Below are positions 26,188 to 41,337 of a stretch of 54,368 nt of DNA, in pieces. Made by a program: the position numbers and the translations under genes. Below the pieces are notes generated by a model. That model saw nothing but the letters and a program-made list of their open reading frames with translations, was not told where the DNA came from and did no database searches. This stretch comes from Obrimoposthia wandeli. Its lineage: Eukaryota. Location: NCBI GenBank assembly GCA_977020255.1, contig CDROCS010005030.1, positions 1-54,368 on the forward strand, given 5' to 3'. Position 1 is the stretch's first letter. Each line of letters starts with the position of its first letter.

Positions 26188-29100
26188 ACTGTGATCGAAG
26201 GATGTCTCGGTCTAACAAATGCCGTTTTTAATATAATTATTATTGTGTTAATAAATTAAACTAAAAATATATTACGATCTACGATTTTATGTTGTTAAAG
26301 TTTTTATTTCTACTAAATTGTGAAATTTATTTTCAGGTATATTTATTGTTTTAAAATCTACATTTTGTAATAACTATTTCAACAATGCTCAGATACATCT
26401 AGGACTAGTGCTACTACTAATACCGTCGATTGTAAATATGCTTTATATTTAGTGATACTTATAAAACCAAATATTGTATAAGTGTATTATGTCTCATATT
26501 TGAGCATTTCATAAAACAATTTGCTAAATGAGTACATTAATTTGATCAAATAAATACACTATATTTCAAGATACTAAAAATATTCAAAATAATCAAGCAA
26601 TATATTTATTTTATGGAATCAATATTTGAATATCATCCCAATATTGGAGAGAAATTAATGATTGACTATTACTTCAATTGTGAAAATAGTCGAATTTTAG
26701 ATCATATTACAATTAGTTACATGCATTATTTGTGACATATTTCCTCATAATATGTAACATACACAGTGACAATGTAATCCACGTCTGATAAATACATACT
26801 TAATCAATCATGAGTAATGTCATAAAATAATGGCTAGTAAGTATGATACAAGTGAACATGAATGTTTAATCAAGTAGTTGTGGAAACTAATCTTCACGCG
26901 GTTAAACTCGCAAAAAATGTTATAAAATAATGACTAAGACCATTTGTGATTAAAAGAATGTATTTTCATATTTACTATTATAAATAATGGTTAACAACTA
27001 TGATTGTATTTCAATTCATATCACATTAAACTAGTCTTGGCAACTTTTTTCATAGTTACACACATTATCATAAGATACTCAATATCATTGTATTTCAATT
27101 GACTTATTCGGCAAATAATTTTTTTGGAACTAATTTTGGTATGGTTACACACATTGTCATAATTTAACGGATGACAACTCTAATTTTATTTCAATCAACT
27201 TAACCCATAACTCTTGCAGTTCTGATAAAGTAAAAAAACAGTATATTAAGATTACATTTAAAAAGAAGAATAATAAGTCTTTTAAACGTCTTGGCCCTTG
27301 CAAGTTTGACCAAGATCAAACAAAGCCCATCAAATGTAACTTTAAAAGTATATAAATCATTTTTTATGAAGATTTTGACCCTTGAATGAAAACTTTCGAG
27401 GAATCACACTTTCAAAGCTTTCAAAGCATGGACTAAAGTGACCTCAAAAGCTCATGTATATTATAGTAAATGTCAACACAGTAGACGTTTGACAGATGAT
27501 GAGTCATCGATTTGTTTAAAAGGGTCATGCCATAAAAGAAACCGAGCTTTCTATCAGACGTCTTGCGTGAGTTTCGAGAAAAAAAGAGTTTGACTACATT
27601 TTTGATCAGTTTTAGAATTTTTTAAAACTTGGTTATATATAGTGGTATATAATCGTCGTCATCCACTCAATATCACTGGATCTTTCATCTTATGTGTGTT
27701 CATGTACACACACTTATTGTTGTGGATATAATGAAAAATAATGTTAGTATAAATGTCCTTGATTATTATTTGTTTGAATTTCAACCAATATAAATAGACT
27801 TGTCACTGGATCTTTCATCTTGTGTGTGTGTGTGTGTGTTCATGTACACACACACACTTATTGTTGTGGATATAATGAAAAATATTGTTAGTATAATTGT
27901 CCTTGAATTTTATTTGTTTGAATTTCAACCAATATAAATAGACTTGCTATAACGTATTTACTCGTGCGAGATAACGCCCAATATCAATTTATGAGTTTAA
28001 AATGTTTAAATTTATATTTAAGTGTCACGTAAAAATATTTTTAATATTTGAATTTGTAGCGCAAAAATCAGTTTATTAAAACAAAAATGCAGAGAACAAG
28101 ATTTAAATGATTGCAGAGATACGTCCAGTAGATCATCAGTCTACTGCATTATCCTCTCTACCATCATGCTCTGATATCACGCGTTTAGAGATAAAAATAG
28201 TTTAAGACAATATAAAAACATGGGGAATTATTTTAAGGAAAACATTCATTGTAAAACATATTATATTCCAAGTTTCATAGCATATGCAGAGTTTTAATCA
28301 TCTTAGGCATCTATATTGTAAAGTGTTGGTTCGAGATTGTTGACTTATCGGACAATAGATTTTTAAACTCACTGAGTCATGACTTATGAGCTCAAATGTT
28401 AGACCGTATCATCAAGTGTTACAATACAAATGACTTGACTTTTGACCTGAACTGATAACGGTCCAACATCCGAGCTCATGACTAAAGGGTCTAATGAATC
28501 AATGAGCTCAAATTGACACTTTACACTACTAAATATATTTATAAAACTCATCATTTATTCAGTAATTCTACAAAAGAAAGTTTGGAAATGTTTTTGCTGA
28601 CAACTAATGACTACTTGCTTACCATCAGATCAATGCAAACATATACTCTTTGACATTAGTCCGTATGTATGTTCCTTAATTTCTTGAGATGGTATAAAAA
28701 GAGTGGTTTTGAAATATTTCGACATTCTACAATATACTTACAACTTGGATCTTAATTTTCTGTGAAACCGAATTTTATTTTCACCAATCGTATGTGTGTT
28801 TGACCTAACAAAATATGAAAGCTCTTAAAAGTATTAGTTACATATTTTATATACTATTTTTTAAATTACCTATTTATTCTAAAACAAATTGAGTAACAAA
28901 ACGTTTACAACTCGTATTCATTATTTTAAATATTTATATGATTTTTCCCGTTTGTTGTTTATTTAAAGTAAGAAAATACCTACAAAAAATAAAACATTTA
29001 TTTAAAAACGATCCTTCAATGACCATATCGAATTTTTTAATAAATGTTAATATATCAGATAAATTGAAATTATTTACATTTTGTAAATAATTCAATTAAA

Positions 29101-29746
29101 TCTATGACCTTTATTTAAAATTAAATATTAAATTAATTCAGATTTGGAAGCATTTATTAAAATCATTAAACCTAAATAATTCTATATATATTATAATTTT
29201 AGTTTGTTGTCAAAGTTACATAATATATTCAAGAGTTAAAGTTATAAATTTAAAATGTTGTTCTGTATTCATTCAATCATAATATCGATTTTTTACATTA
29301 TTTACTAATGTTTGAAGTAGTGGAAGAAACGTTTACCTCTGTCTTTGGAAAGTAAATGAAAATGATCAAGTTCTTGGTAATTGTCTGAAACAATGTCACC
29401 CACGATACAAATAAATGTAATTGGTAATTATTGGTGTCATATGTAAAACATCACAATGCTTTATTAAATTTGAATGATACCATACGATAATCAAAGAAAA
29501 CTGTATTTGTAATGTTTAGTGCAATATGATATTTTATCAAAGTTTATGAATTAATGAACTGAAAACTTCATTTTGGTAATCAATTTACATTTTAATATTT
29601 TGTATGTCGATTCATCATTTGAATTATAATTTGACCAATAGAATATTTAATAATTAAATATTAAATATTTTAAATATTTTAAGATACTAAGATTGTTAAT
29701 TACTTGTATAAAACTAATCTTTCTAATTCAAAACTCAGTAACATAA

Positions 29747-30694
29747 ATGGCACAAACTGTTAGATGTAAATATCACATAGATGCTGAGCTGATTGAGGAC
29801 CGCAAGGCTGGTGACTTGGTTTGTCCGGTCTGTGGACTTGTGGTGGCACAGCGAGTTATTGATTTCTCTAGTGAATACCGAGTTTTTGAGGACGACACAG
29901 ACAATAAATGTCGAGTTGGAGGTGTTGAAGATGAAAATCATGTTGAAGGAACATCATACACGGGTATAAATGTTGGGTATGGGCAGAATTTAAACGAGGA
30001 TGGCACTTTGAAGTTCCGAAATTTTAATCTAAGATCACCCATGGAGCAATTTGTCTATTCTTGTAATCGGAAAATTGCCATTGTCAGCGAAAGACTCAAT
30101 TTAAAGAATATGTTCTCGAAAGAAGCACAATATTTTGCCAAAGAACTTGCTAAGTCGATGTTCAAACCACAGTCAATAGAGAGCAACAAAAAGTCCAGTA
30201 AACTTCGACACTTTGCTGTTGCTGCAGCATGCATCTTCATTACTCTAGACTCGTCCGTAAACCCAATGTCTCAGAAAGAGATCGCTCTGGCGGCAAATGT
30301 ATCAGAAAAGCAAGTCAATAAAATAATACGGAATAACCCGAATATCTGGAAGAAAAATTATGACAACAGCAGTAAGGCGAGTAAATATGCACAGAAATTT
30401 TCAATGCAGTTGGATATTCAGGACAGAAAAATAAAAATGAAGATCGAGTCAATTTCCAAAATAATTCTAGAAAATGCGAGAAAATTCCCTAAATACACTA
30501 ACTCACTACCGAATAAACTGTCTGCAGCTGCAGTCTACATGTCCACTGTGATTCTCAAGCTTAAAATAGACAAACAATACCTTGCACAACTTTCTTCCAG
30601 TTCCTGGAGCTCTATTGTCAAACTCTACAAAGAATTATATAGTATTCGATCTTCACTTGTGCCACAAGAACAATATGTTGAGTTTTGCAGTTAA
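29747..30694 (+). CDS. GTF2B: TFIIB-like protein, 315 aa (A6)
   Basis: The translation is identical to A3. Confidence 0.93.
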   Translation: MAQTVRCKYHIDAELIEDRKAGDLVCPVCGLVVAQRVIDFSSEYRVFEDDTDNKCRVGGVEDENHVEGTSYTGINVGYGQNLNEDGTLKFRNFNLRSPMEQFVYSCNRKIAIVSERLNLKNMFSKEAQYFAKELAKSMFKPQSIESNKKSSKLRHFAVAAACIFITLDSSVNPMSQKEIALAANVSEKQVNKIIRNNPNIWKKNYDNSSKASKYAQKFSMQLDIQDRKIKMKIESISKIILENARKFPKYTNSLPNKLSAAAVYMSTVILKLKIDKQYLAQLSSSSWSSIVKLYKELYSIRSSLVPQEQYVEFCS

Positions 30695-33600
30695 ACTGTG
30701 ATCGAAGGATGTCTCGGTCTAACAAATGCCGTTTTTAATATAATTATTATTGTGTTAATAAATTAAACTAAAAATATATTATGATCTACGATTTTATGTT
30801 GTTAAAGTTTTTATTTCTACTAAATTGTGAAATTTATTTTCAGGTATATTTTTTGTTTTAAAATCTACATTTTGTAATAACTATTTCAACAATGCTCAGA
30901 TACATCTAGGACTAGTGCTACTACTAATACCATCGATTGTAAATATGCTTTATATTTAGTGATACTTATAAAACCAAATATTGTATAAGTGTATTATGTC
31001 TCATATTTGAGGATTTCAAAAAACAATTTGCTAAATGAGTACATTAATTTGATCAAATAAATACACTATATTTCAAGATACTAAAAATATTCAAAATAAT
31101 CAAGCAATATATTTATTTTATGGAATCAATATTTGAATATCATCCCAATATTGGAGAGAAATTAATGATTGACTATTACTTCAATTGTGAAAATAGTCGA
31201 ATTTTAGATCATATTACAATTAGTTACATGCATTATTTGTGACATATTTCCTCATAATATGTAACATACACAGTGACAATGTAATCCACGTCTGATAAAT
31301 ACATACTTAATCAATCATGAGTAATGTCATAAAATAATGGCTAGTAAGTATGATACAAGTGAACATGAATGTTTAATCAAGTAGTTGTGGAAACTAATCT
31401 TCACGCGGTTAAACTCGCAAAAAATGTTATAAAATAATGACTAAGACCATTTGTGATTAAAAGAATGTATTTTCATATTTACTATTATAAATAATGGTTA
31501 ACAACTATGATTGTATTTCAATTCATATCACATTAAACTAGTCTTGGCAACTTTTTTCATAGTTACACACATTATCATAAGATACTCAATATCATTGTAT
31601 TTCAATTGACTTATTCGGCAAATAATTTTTTTGGAACTAATTTTGGTATGGTTACACACATTGTCATAATTTAACGGATGACAACTCTAATTTTATTTCA
31701 ATCAACTTAACCCATAACTCTTGCAGTTCTGATAAAGTAAAAAACAGTATATTAAGATTACATTTAAAAAGAAGAATAATAAGTCTTTTAAACGTCTTGG
31801 CCCTTGCAAGTTTGACCAAGATCAAACAAAGCCCATCAAATGTAACTTTAAAAGTATATAAATCATTTTTTATGAAGATTTTGACCCTTGAATGAAAACT
31901 TTCGAGGAACCACTTTCAAAGCTCCATGGACTAAAGTGACCTCAAAAGCTCATGTATATTATAGTAAATGTCAACACAGTAGACGTTTGACAGATGATGA
32001 GTCATCGATTTGTTTAAAAGGGTCATGCCATAAAAGAAACCGAGCTTTCTATCAGACGTCTTGCGTGAGTTTCGAGAAAAAAAGAGTTTGACTACATTTT
32101 TGATCAGTTTTAGAATTTTTTAAAAACTTGGTTATATATAGTGGTATATAATCGTCGTCATCCACTCAATATCACTGGATCTTTCATCTTATGTGTGTTC
32201 ATGTACACACACACTTATTGTTGTGGATATAATGAAAAATAATGTTAGTATAAATGTCCTTGATTATTATTTGTTTGAATTTCAACCAATATAAATAGAC
32301 TTGTCACTGGATCTTTCATCTTGTGTGTGTGTGTGTGTGTGTTCATGTACACACACACACTTATTGTTGTGGATATAATGAAAAATATTGTTAGTATAAT
32401 TGTCCTTGAATTTTATTTGTTTGAATTTCAACCAATATAAATAGACTTGCTATAACGTATTTACTCGTGCGAGATAACGCCCAATATCAATTTATGAGTT
32501 TAAAATGTTTAAATTTATATTTAAGTGTCACGTAAAAATATTTTTAATATTTGAATTTGTAGCGCAAAAATCAGTTTATTAAAACAAAAATGCAGAGAAC
32601 AAGATTTAAATGATTGCAGAGATACGTCCAGTAGATCATCAGTCTACTGCATTATCCTCTCTACCATCCTGCTCTGATATCACGCGTTTAGAGATAAAAA
32701 TAGTTTAAGACAATATAAAAACATGGGGAATTATTTTAAGGAAAACATTCATTGTAAAACATATTATATTCCAAGTTTCATAGCATATGCAGAGTTTTAA
32801 TCATCTTAGGCATCTATATTGTAAAGTGTTGGTTCGAGATTGTTGACTTATCGGACACTAGATTTTTAAACTCACTGAGTCATGACTTATGAGCTCAAAT
32901 GTTAGACCGTATCATCAAGTGTTACAATACAAATGACTTGACTTTTGACCTGAACTGATAACGGTCCAACATCCGAGCTCATGACTAAAGGGTCTAATGA
33001 ATCAATGAGCTCAAATTGACACTTTACACTACTAAATATATTTATAAAACTCATCATTTATTCAGTAATTCTACAAAAGAAAGTTTGGAAATGTTTTTGC
33101 TGACAACTAATGACTACTTGCTTACCATCAGATCAATGCAAACATATACTCTTTGACATTAGTCCGTATGTATGTTCCTTAATTTCTTGAGATGGTATAA
33201 AAAGAGTGGTTTTGAAATATTTCGACATTCTACAATATACTTACAACTTGGATCTTAATTTTCTGTGAAACCGAATTTTATTTTCACCAATCGTATGTGT
33301 GTTTGACCTAACAAAATATGAAAGCTCTTAAAAGTATTAGTTACATATTTTATATACTATTTTTTAAATTACCTATTTATTCTAAAACAAATTGAGTAAC
33401 AAAACGTTTACAACTCGTATTCATTATTTTAAATATTTATATGATTTTTCCCGTTTGTTGTTTATTTAAAGTAAGAAAATACCTACAAAAAATAAAACAT
33501 TTATTTAAAAACGATCCTTCAATGACCATATCGAATTTTTTAATAAATGTTAATATATCAGATAAATTGAAATTATTTACATTTTGTAAATAATTCAATT

Positions 33601-34249
33601 AAATCTATGACCTTTATTTAAAATTAAATATTAAATTAATTCAGATTTGGAAGCATTTATTAAAATCATTAAACCTAAATAATTCTATATATATTATAAT
33701 TTTAGTTTGTTGTCAAAGTTACATAATATATTCAAGAGTTAAAGTTATAAATTTAAAATGTTGTTCTGTATTCATTCAATCATAATATCGATTTTTTACA
33801 TTATTTACTAATGTTTGAAGTAGTGGAAGAAACGTTTACCTCTGTCTTTGGAAAGTAAATGAAAATGATCAAGTTCTTGGTAATTGTCTGAAACAATGTC
33901 ACCCACGATACAAATAAATGTAATTGGTAATTATTGGTGTCATATGTAAAACATCACAATGCTTTATTAAATTTGAATGATACCATACGATAATCAAAGA
34001 AAACTGTATTTGTAATGTTTAGTGCAATATGATATTTTATCAAAGTTTATGAATTAATGAACTGAAAACTTCATTTTGGTAATCAATTTACATTTTAATA
34101 TTTTGTATGTCGATTCATCATTTGAATTATAATTTGACCAATAGAATATTTAATAATTAAATATTAAATATTTTAAATATTTTAAGATACTAAGATTGTT
34201 AATTACTTGTATAAAACTAATCTTTCTAATTCAAAACTCAGTAACATAA

Positions 34250-35197
34250 ATGGCACAAACTGTTAGATGTAAATATCACATAGATGCTGAGCTGATTGAG
34301 GACCGCAAGGCTGGTGACTTGGTTTGTCCGGTCTGTGGACTTGTGGTGGCACAGCGAGTTATTGATTTCTCTAGTGAATACCGAGTTTTTGAGGACGACA
34401 CAGACAATAAATGTCGAGTTGGAGGTGTTGAAGATGAAAATCATGTTGAAGGAACATCATACACGGGTATAAATGTTGGGTATGGGCAGAATTTAAACGA
34501 GGATGGCACTTTGAAGTTCCGAAATTTTAATCTAAGATCACCCATGGAGCAATTTGTCTATTCTTGTAATCGGAAAATTGCCATTGTCAGCGAAAGACTC
34601 AATTTAAAGAATATGTTCTCGAAAGAAGCACAATATTTTGCCAAAGAACTTGCTAAGTCGATGTTCAAACCACAGTCAATAGAGAGCAACAAAAAGTCCA
34701 GTAAACTTCGACACTTTGCTGTTGCTGCAGCATGCATCTTCATTACTCTAGACTCGTCCGTAAACCCAATGTCTCAGAAAGAGATCGCTCTGGCGGCAAA
34801 TGTATCAGAAAAGCAAGTCAATAAAATAATACGGAATAACCCGAATATCTGGAAGAAAAATTATGACAACAGCAGTAAGGCGAGTAAATATGCACAGAAA
34901 TTTTCAATGCAGTTGGATATTCAGGACAGAAAAATAAAAATGAAGATCGAGTCAATTTCCAAAATAATTCTAGAAAATGCGAGAAAATTCCCTAAATACA
35001 CTAACTCACTACCGAATAAACTGTCTGCAGCTGCAGTCTACATGTCCACTGTGATTCTCAAGCTTAAAATAGACAAACAATACCTTGCACAACTTTCTTC
35101 CAGTTCCTGGAGCTCTATTGTCAAACTCTACAAAGAATTATATAGTATTCGATCTTCACTTGTGCCACAAGAACAATATGTTGAGTTTTGCAGTTAA
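34250..35197 (+). CDS. GTF2B: TFIIB-like protein, 315 aa (A7)
   Basis: The translation is identical to A3. Confidence 0.93.
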   Translation: MAQTVRCKYHIDAELIEDRKAGDLVCPVCGLVVAQRVIDFSSEYRVFEDDTDNKCRVGGVEDENHVEGTSYTGINVGYGQNLNEDGTLKFRNFNLRSPMEQFVYSCNRKIAIVSERLNLKNMFSKEAQYFAKELAKSMFKPQSIESNKKSSKLRHFAVAAACIFITLDSSVNPMSQKEIALAANVSEKQVNKIIRNNPNIWKKNYDNSSKASKYAQKFSMQLDIQDRKIKMKIESISKIILENARKFPKYTNSLPNKLSAAAVYMSTVILKLKIDKQYLAQLSSSSWSSIVKLYKELYSIRSSLVPQEQYVEFCS

Positions 35198-38100
35198 ACT
35201 GTGATCGAAGGATGTCTCGGTCTAACAAATGCCGTTTTTAATATAATTATTATTGTGTTAATAAATTAAACTAAAAATATATTATGATCTACGATTTTAT
35301 GTTGTTAAAGTTTTTATTTCTACTAAATTGTGAAATTTATTTTCAGGTATATTTTTTGTTTTAAAATCTACATTTTGTAATAACTATTTCAACAATGCTC
35401 AGATACATCTAGGACTAGTGCTACTACTAATACCATCGATTGTAAATATGCTTTATATTTAGTGATACTTATAAAACCAAATATTGTATAAGTGTATTAT
35501 GTCTCATATTTGAGCATTTCATAAAACAATTTGCTAAATGAGTACATTAATTTGATCAAATAAATACACTATATTTCAAGATACTAAAAATATTCAAAAT
35601 AATCAAGCAATATATTTATTTTATGGAATCAATATTTGAATATCATCCCAATATTGGAGAGAAATTAATGATTGACTATTACTTCAATTGTGAAAATAGT
35701 CGAATTTTAGATCATATTACAATTAGTTACATGCATTATTTGTGACATATTTCCTCATAATATGTAACATACACAGTGACAATGTAATCCACGTCTGATA
35801 AATACATACTTAATCAATCATGAGTAATGTCATAAAATAATGGCTAGTAAGTATGATACAAGTGAACATGAATGTTTAATCAAGTAGTTGTGGAAACTAA
35901 TCTTCACGCGGTTAAACTCGCAAAAAATGTTATAAAATAATGACTAAGACCATTTGTGATTAAAAGAATGTATTTTCATATTTACTATTATAAATAATGG
36001 TTAACAACTATGATTGTATTTCAATTCATATCACATTAAACTAGTCTTGGCAACTTTTTTCATAGTTACACACATTATCATAAGATACTCAATATCATTG
36101 TATTTCAATTGACTTATTCGGCAAATAATTTTTTTGGAACTAATTTTGGTATGGTTACACACATTGTCATAATTTAACGGATGACAACTCTAATTTTATT
36201 TCAATCAACTTAACCCATAACTCTTGCAGTTCTGATAAAGTAAAAAAACAGTATATTAAGATTACATTTAAAAAGAAGAATAATAAGTCTTTTAAACGTC
36301 TTGGCCCTTGCAAGTTTGACCAAGATCAAACAAAGCCCATCAAATGTAACTTTAAAAGTATATAAATCATTTTTTATGAAGATTTTGACCCTTGAATGAA
36401 AACTTTCGAGGAATCACCTTCAAAGAAGCACTTTCAAAGCTCCATGGACTAAAGTGACCTCAAAAGCTCATGTATATTATAGTAAATGTCAACACAGTAG
36501 ACGTTTGACAGATGATGAGTCATCGATTTGTTTAAAAGGGTCATGCCATAAAAGAAACCGAGCTTTCTATCAGACGTCTTGCGTGAGTTTCGAGAAAAAA
36601 AGAGTTTGACTACATTTTTGATCAGTTTTAGAATTTTTTAAAAACTTGGTTATATATAGTGGTATATAATCGTCGTCATCCACTCAATATCACTGGATCT
36701 TTCATCTTATGTGTGTTCATGTACACACACACTTATTGTTGTGGATATAATGAAAAATAATGTTAGTATAAATGTCCTTGATTATTATTTGTTTGAATTT
36801 CAACCAATATAAATAGACTTGTCACTGGATCTTTCATCTTGTGTGTGTGTGTGTGTGTGTTCATGTACACACACACACTTATTGTTGTGGATATAATGAA
36901 AAATATTGTTAGTATAATTGTCCTTGAATTTTATTTGTTTGAATTTCAACCAATATAAATAGACTTGCTATAACGTATTTACTCGTGCGAGATAACGCCC
37001 AATATCAATTTATGAGTTTAAAATGTTTAAATTTATATTTAAGTGTCACGTAAAAATATTTTTAATATTTGAATTTGTAGCGCAAAAATCAGTTTATTAA
37101 AACAAAAATGCAGAGAACAAGATTTAAATGATTGCAGAGATACGTCCAGTAGATCATCAGTCTACTGCATTATCCTCTCTACCATCCTGCTCTGATATCA
37201 CGCGTTTAGAGATAAAAATAGTTTAAGACAATATAAAAACATGGGGAATTATTTTAAGGAAAACATTCATTGTAAAACATATTATATTCCAAGTTTCATA
37301 GCATATGCAGAGTTTTAATCATCTTAGGCATCTATATTGTAAAGTGTTGGTTCGAGATTGTTGACTTATCGGACAATAGATTTTTAAACTCACTGAGTCA
37401 TGACTTATGAGCTCAAATGTTAGACCGTATCATCAAGTGTTACAATACAAATGACTTGACTTTTGACCTGAACTGATAACGGTCCAACATCCGAGCTCAT
37501 GACTAAAGGGTCTAATGAATCAATGAGCTCAAATTGACACTTTACACTACTAAATATATTTATAAAACTCATCATTTATTCAGTAATTCTACAAAAGAAA
37601 GTTTGGAAATGTTTTTGCTGACAACTAATGACTACTTGCTTACCATCAGATCAATGCAAACATATACTCTTTGACATTAGTCCGTATGTATGTTCCTTAA
37701 TTTCTTGAGATGGTATAAAAAGAGTGGTTTTGAAATATTTCGACATTCTACAATATACTTACAACTTGGATCTTAATTTTCTGTGAAACCGAATTTTATT
37801 TTCACCAATCGTATGTGTGTTTGACCTAACAAAATATGAAAGCTCTTAAAAGTATTAGTTACATATTTTATATACTATTTTTTAAATTACCTATTTATTC
37901 TAAAACAAATTGAGTAACAAAACGTTTACAACTCGTATTCATTATTTTAAATATTTATATGATTTTTCCCGTTTGTTGTTTATTTAAAGTAAGAAAATAC
38001 CTACAAAAAAATAAAACATTTATTTAAAAACGATCCTTCAATGACCATATCGAATTTTTTAATAAATGTTAATATATCAGATAAATTGAAATTATTTACA

Positions 38101-38768
38101 TTTTGTAAATAATTCAATTAAATCTATGACCTTTATTTAAAATTAAATATTAAATTAATTCAGATTTGGAAGCATTTATTAAAATCATTAAACCTAAATA
38201 ATTCTATATATATTATAATTTTAGTTTGTTGTCAAAGTTACATAATATATTCAAGAGTTAAAGTTATAAATTTAAAATGTTGTTCTGTATTCATTCAATC
38301 ATAATATCGATTTTTTACATTATTTACTAATGTTTGAAGTAGTGGAAGAAACGTTTACCTCTGTCTTTGGAAAGTAAATGAAAATGATCAAGTTCTTGGT
38401 AATTGTCTGAAACAATGTCACCCACGATACAAATAAATGTAATTGGTAATTATTGGTGTCATATGTAAAACATCACAATGCTTTATTAAATTTGAATGAT
38501 ACCATACGATAATCAAAGAAAACTGTATTTGTAATGTTTAGTGCAATATGATATTTTATCAAAGTTTATGAATTAATGAACTGAAAACTTCATTTTGGTA
38601 ATCAATTTACATTTTAATATTTTGTATGTCGATTCATCATTTGAATTATAATTTGACCAATAGAATATTTAATAATTAAATATTAAATATTTTAAATATT
38701 TTAAGATACTAAGATTGTTAATTACTTGTATAAAACTAATCTTTCTAATTCAAAACTCAGTAACATAA

Positions 38769-39716
38769 ATGGCACAAACTGTTAGATGTAAATATCACAT
38801 AGATGCTGAGCTGATTGAGGACCGCAAGGCTGGTGACTTGGTTTGTCCGGTCTGTGGACTTGTGGTGGCACAGCGAGTTATTGATTTCTCTAGTGAATAC
38901 CGAGTTTTTGAGGACGACACAGACAATAAATGTCGAGTTGGAGGTGTTGAAGATGAAAATCATGTTGAAGGAACATCATACACGGGTATAAATGTTGGGT
39001 ATGGGCAGAATTTAAACGAGGATGGCACTTTGAAGTTCCGAAATTTTAATCTAAGATCACCCATGGAGCAATTTGTCTATTCTTGTAATCGGAAAATTGC
39101 CATTGTCAGCGAAAGACTCAATTTAAAGAATATGTTCTCGAAAGAAGCACAATATTTTGCCAAAGAACTTGCTAAGTCGATGTTCAAACCACAGTCAATA
39201 GAGAGCAACAAAAAGTCCAGTAAACTTCGACACTTTGCTGTTGCTGCAGCATGCATCTTCATTACTCTAGACTCGTCCGTAAACCCAATGTCTCAGAAAG
39301 AGATCGCTCTGGCGGCAAATGTATCAGAAAAGCAAGTCAATAAAATAATACGGAATAACCCGAATATCTGGAAGAAAAATTATGACAACAGCAGTAAGGC
39401 GAGTAAATATGCACAGAAATTTTCAATGCAGTTGGATATTCAGGACAGAAAAATAAAAATGAAGATCGAGTCAATTTCCAAAATAATTCTAGAAAATGCG
39501 AGAAAATTCCCTAAATACACTAACTCACTACCGAATAAACTGTCTGCAGCTGCAGTCTACATGTCCACTGTGATTCTCAAGCTTAAAATAGACAAACAAT
39601 ACCTTGCACAACTTTCTTCCAGTTCCTGGAGCTCTATTGTCAAACTCTACAAAGAATTATATAGTATTCGATCTTCACTTGTGCCACAAGAACAATATGT
39701 TGAGTTTTGCAGTTAA
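38769..39716 (+). CDS. GTF2B: TFIIB-like protein, 315 aa (A8)
   Basis: The translation is identical to A3. Confidence 0.93.
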   Translation: MAQTVRCKYHIDAELIEDRKAGDLVCPVCGLVVAQRVIDFSSEYRVFEDDTDNKCRVGGVEDENHVEGTSYTGINVGYGQNLNEDGTLKFRNFNLRSPMEQFVYSCNRKIAIVSERLNLKNMFSKEAQYFAKELAKSMFKPQSIESNKKSSKLRHFAVAAACIFITLDSSVNPMSQKEIALAANVSEKQVNKIIRNNPNIWKKNYDNSSKASKYAQKFSMQLDIQDRKIKMKIESISKIILENARKFPKYTNSLPNKLSAAAVYMSTVILKLKIDKQYLAQLSSSSWSSIVKLYKELYSIRSSLVPQEQYVEFCS

Positions 39717-41079
39717 ACTGTGATCGAAGGATGTCTCGGTCTAACAAATGCCGTTTTTAATATAATTATTATTGTGTTAATAAATTAAACTAAAAATATA
39801 TTATGATCTACGATTTTATGTTGTTAAAGTTTTTATTTCTACTAAATTGTGAAATTTATTTTCAGGTATATTTTTTGTTTTAAAATCTACATTTTGTAAT
39901 AACTATTTCAACAATGCTCAGATACATCTAGGACTAGTGCTACTACTAATACCATCGATTGTAAATATGCTTTATATTTAGTGATACTTATAAAACCAAA
40001 TATTGTATAAGTGTATTATGTCTCATATTTGAGCATTTCATAAAACAATTTGCTAAATGAGTACATTAATTTGATCAAATAAATACACTATATTTCAAGA
40101 TACTAAAAATATTCAAAATAATCAAGCAATATATTTATTTTATGGAATCAATATTTGAATATCATCCCAATATTGGAGAGAAATTAATGATTGACTATTA
40201 CTTCAATTGTGAAAATAGTCGAATTTTAGATCATATTACAATTAGTTACATGCATTATTTGTGACATATTTCCTCATAATATGTAACATACACAGTGACA
40301 ATGTAATCCACGTCTGATAAATACATACTTAATCAATCATGAGTAATGTCATAAAATAATGGCTAGTAAGTATGATACAAGTGAACATGAATGTTTAATC
40401 AAGTAGTTGTGGAAACTAATCTTCACGCGGTTAAACTCGCAAAAAATGTTATAAAATAATGACTAAGACCATTTGTGATTAAAAGAATGTATTTTCATAT
40501 TTACTATTATAAATAATGGTTAACAACTATGATTGTATTTCAATTCATATCACATTAAACTAGTCTTGGCAACTTTTTTCATAGTTACACACATTATCAT
40601 AAGATACTCAATATCATTGTATTTCAATTGACTTATTCGGCAAATAATTTTTTTGGAACTAATTTTGGTATGGTTACACACATTGTCATAATTTAACGGA
40701 TGACAACTCTAATTTTATTTCAATCAACTTAACCCATAACTCTTGCAGTTCTGATAAAGTAAAAAAACAGTATATTAAGATTACATTTAAAAAGAAGAAT
40801 AATAAGTCTTTTAAACGTCTTGGCCCTTGCAAGTTTGACCAAGATCAAACAAAGCCCATCAAATGTAACTTTAAAAGTATATAAATCATTTTTTATGAAG
40901 ATTTTGACCCTTGAATGAAAACTTTCGAGGAACCACTTTCAAAGCTCCATGGACTAAAGTGACCTCAAAAGCTCATGTATATTATAGTAAATGTCAAGAC
41001 AGTAGACGTTTGACAGATGATGAGTCATCGATTTGTTTAAAACGGTCATGCCATAAAAGAAACAGAGCTTTCTATCAAA

Positions 41080-41337
41080 ATGAAGATCGAGTCAATTTCC
41101 AAAATAATTCTAGAAAATGCGAGAAAATTCCTTAAATACGCTAACTTACTACCGAATAAACTGTCTGCAGCTGCAGTCTACATGTCCACTGTGATTCTCA
41201 AGCTTAAAATAGACAAACAATACCTTGCACAACTTTCTTCCAGTCCCTGGAGCTCTATTGTCAAACTCTACAAAGAATTATATAGTATTCGATCTTCACT
41301 TGTGCCACAAGAACAATATGTTGAGTTTTGCAGTTAA
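41080..41337 (+). pseudogene. GTF2B: TFIIB-like 3' fragment ORF, 85 aa (B unit 3)
   Basis: It has the B-type junction and coding SNPs, but its 3' flank is A-type, so the unit is recombinant. Confidence 0.9.
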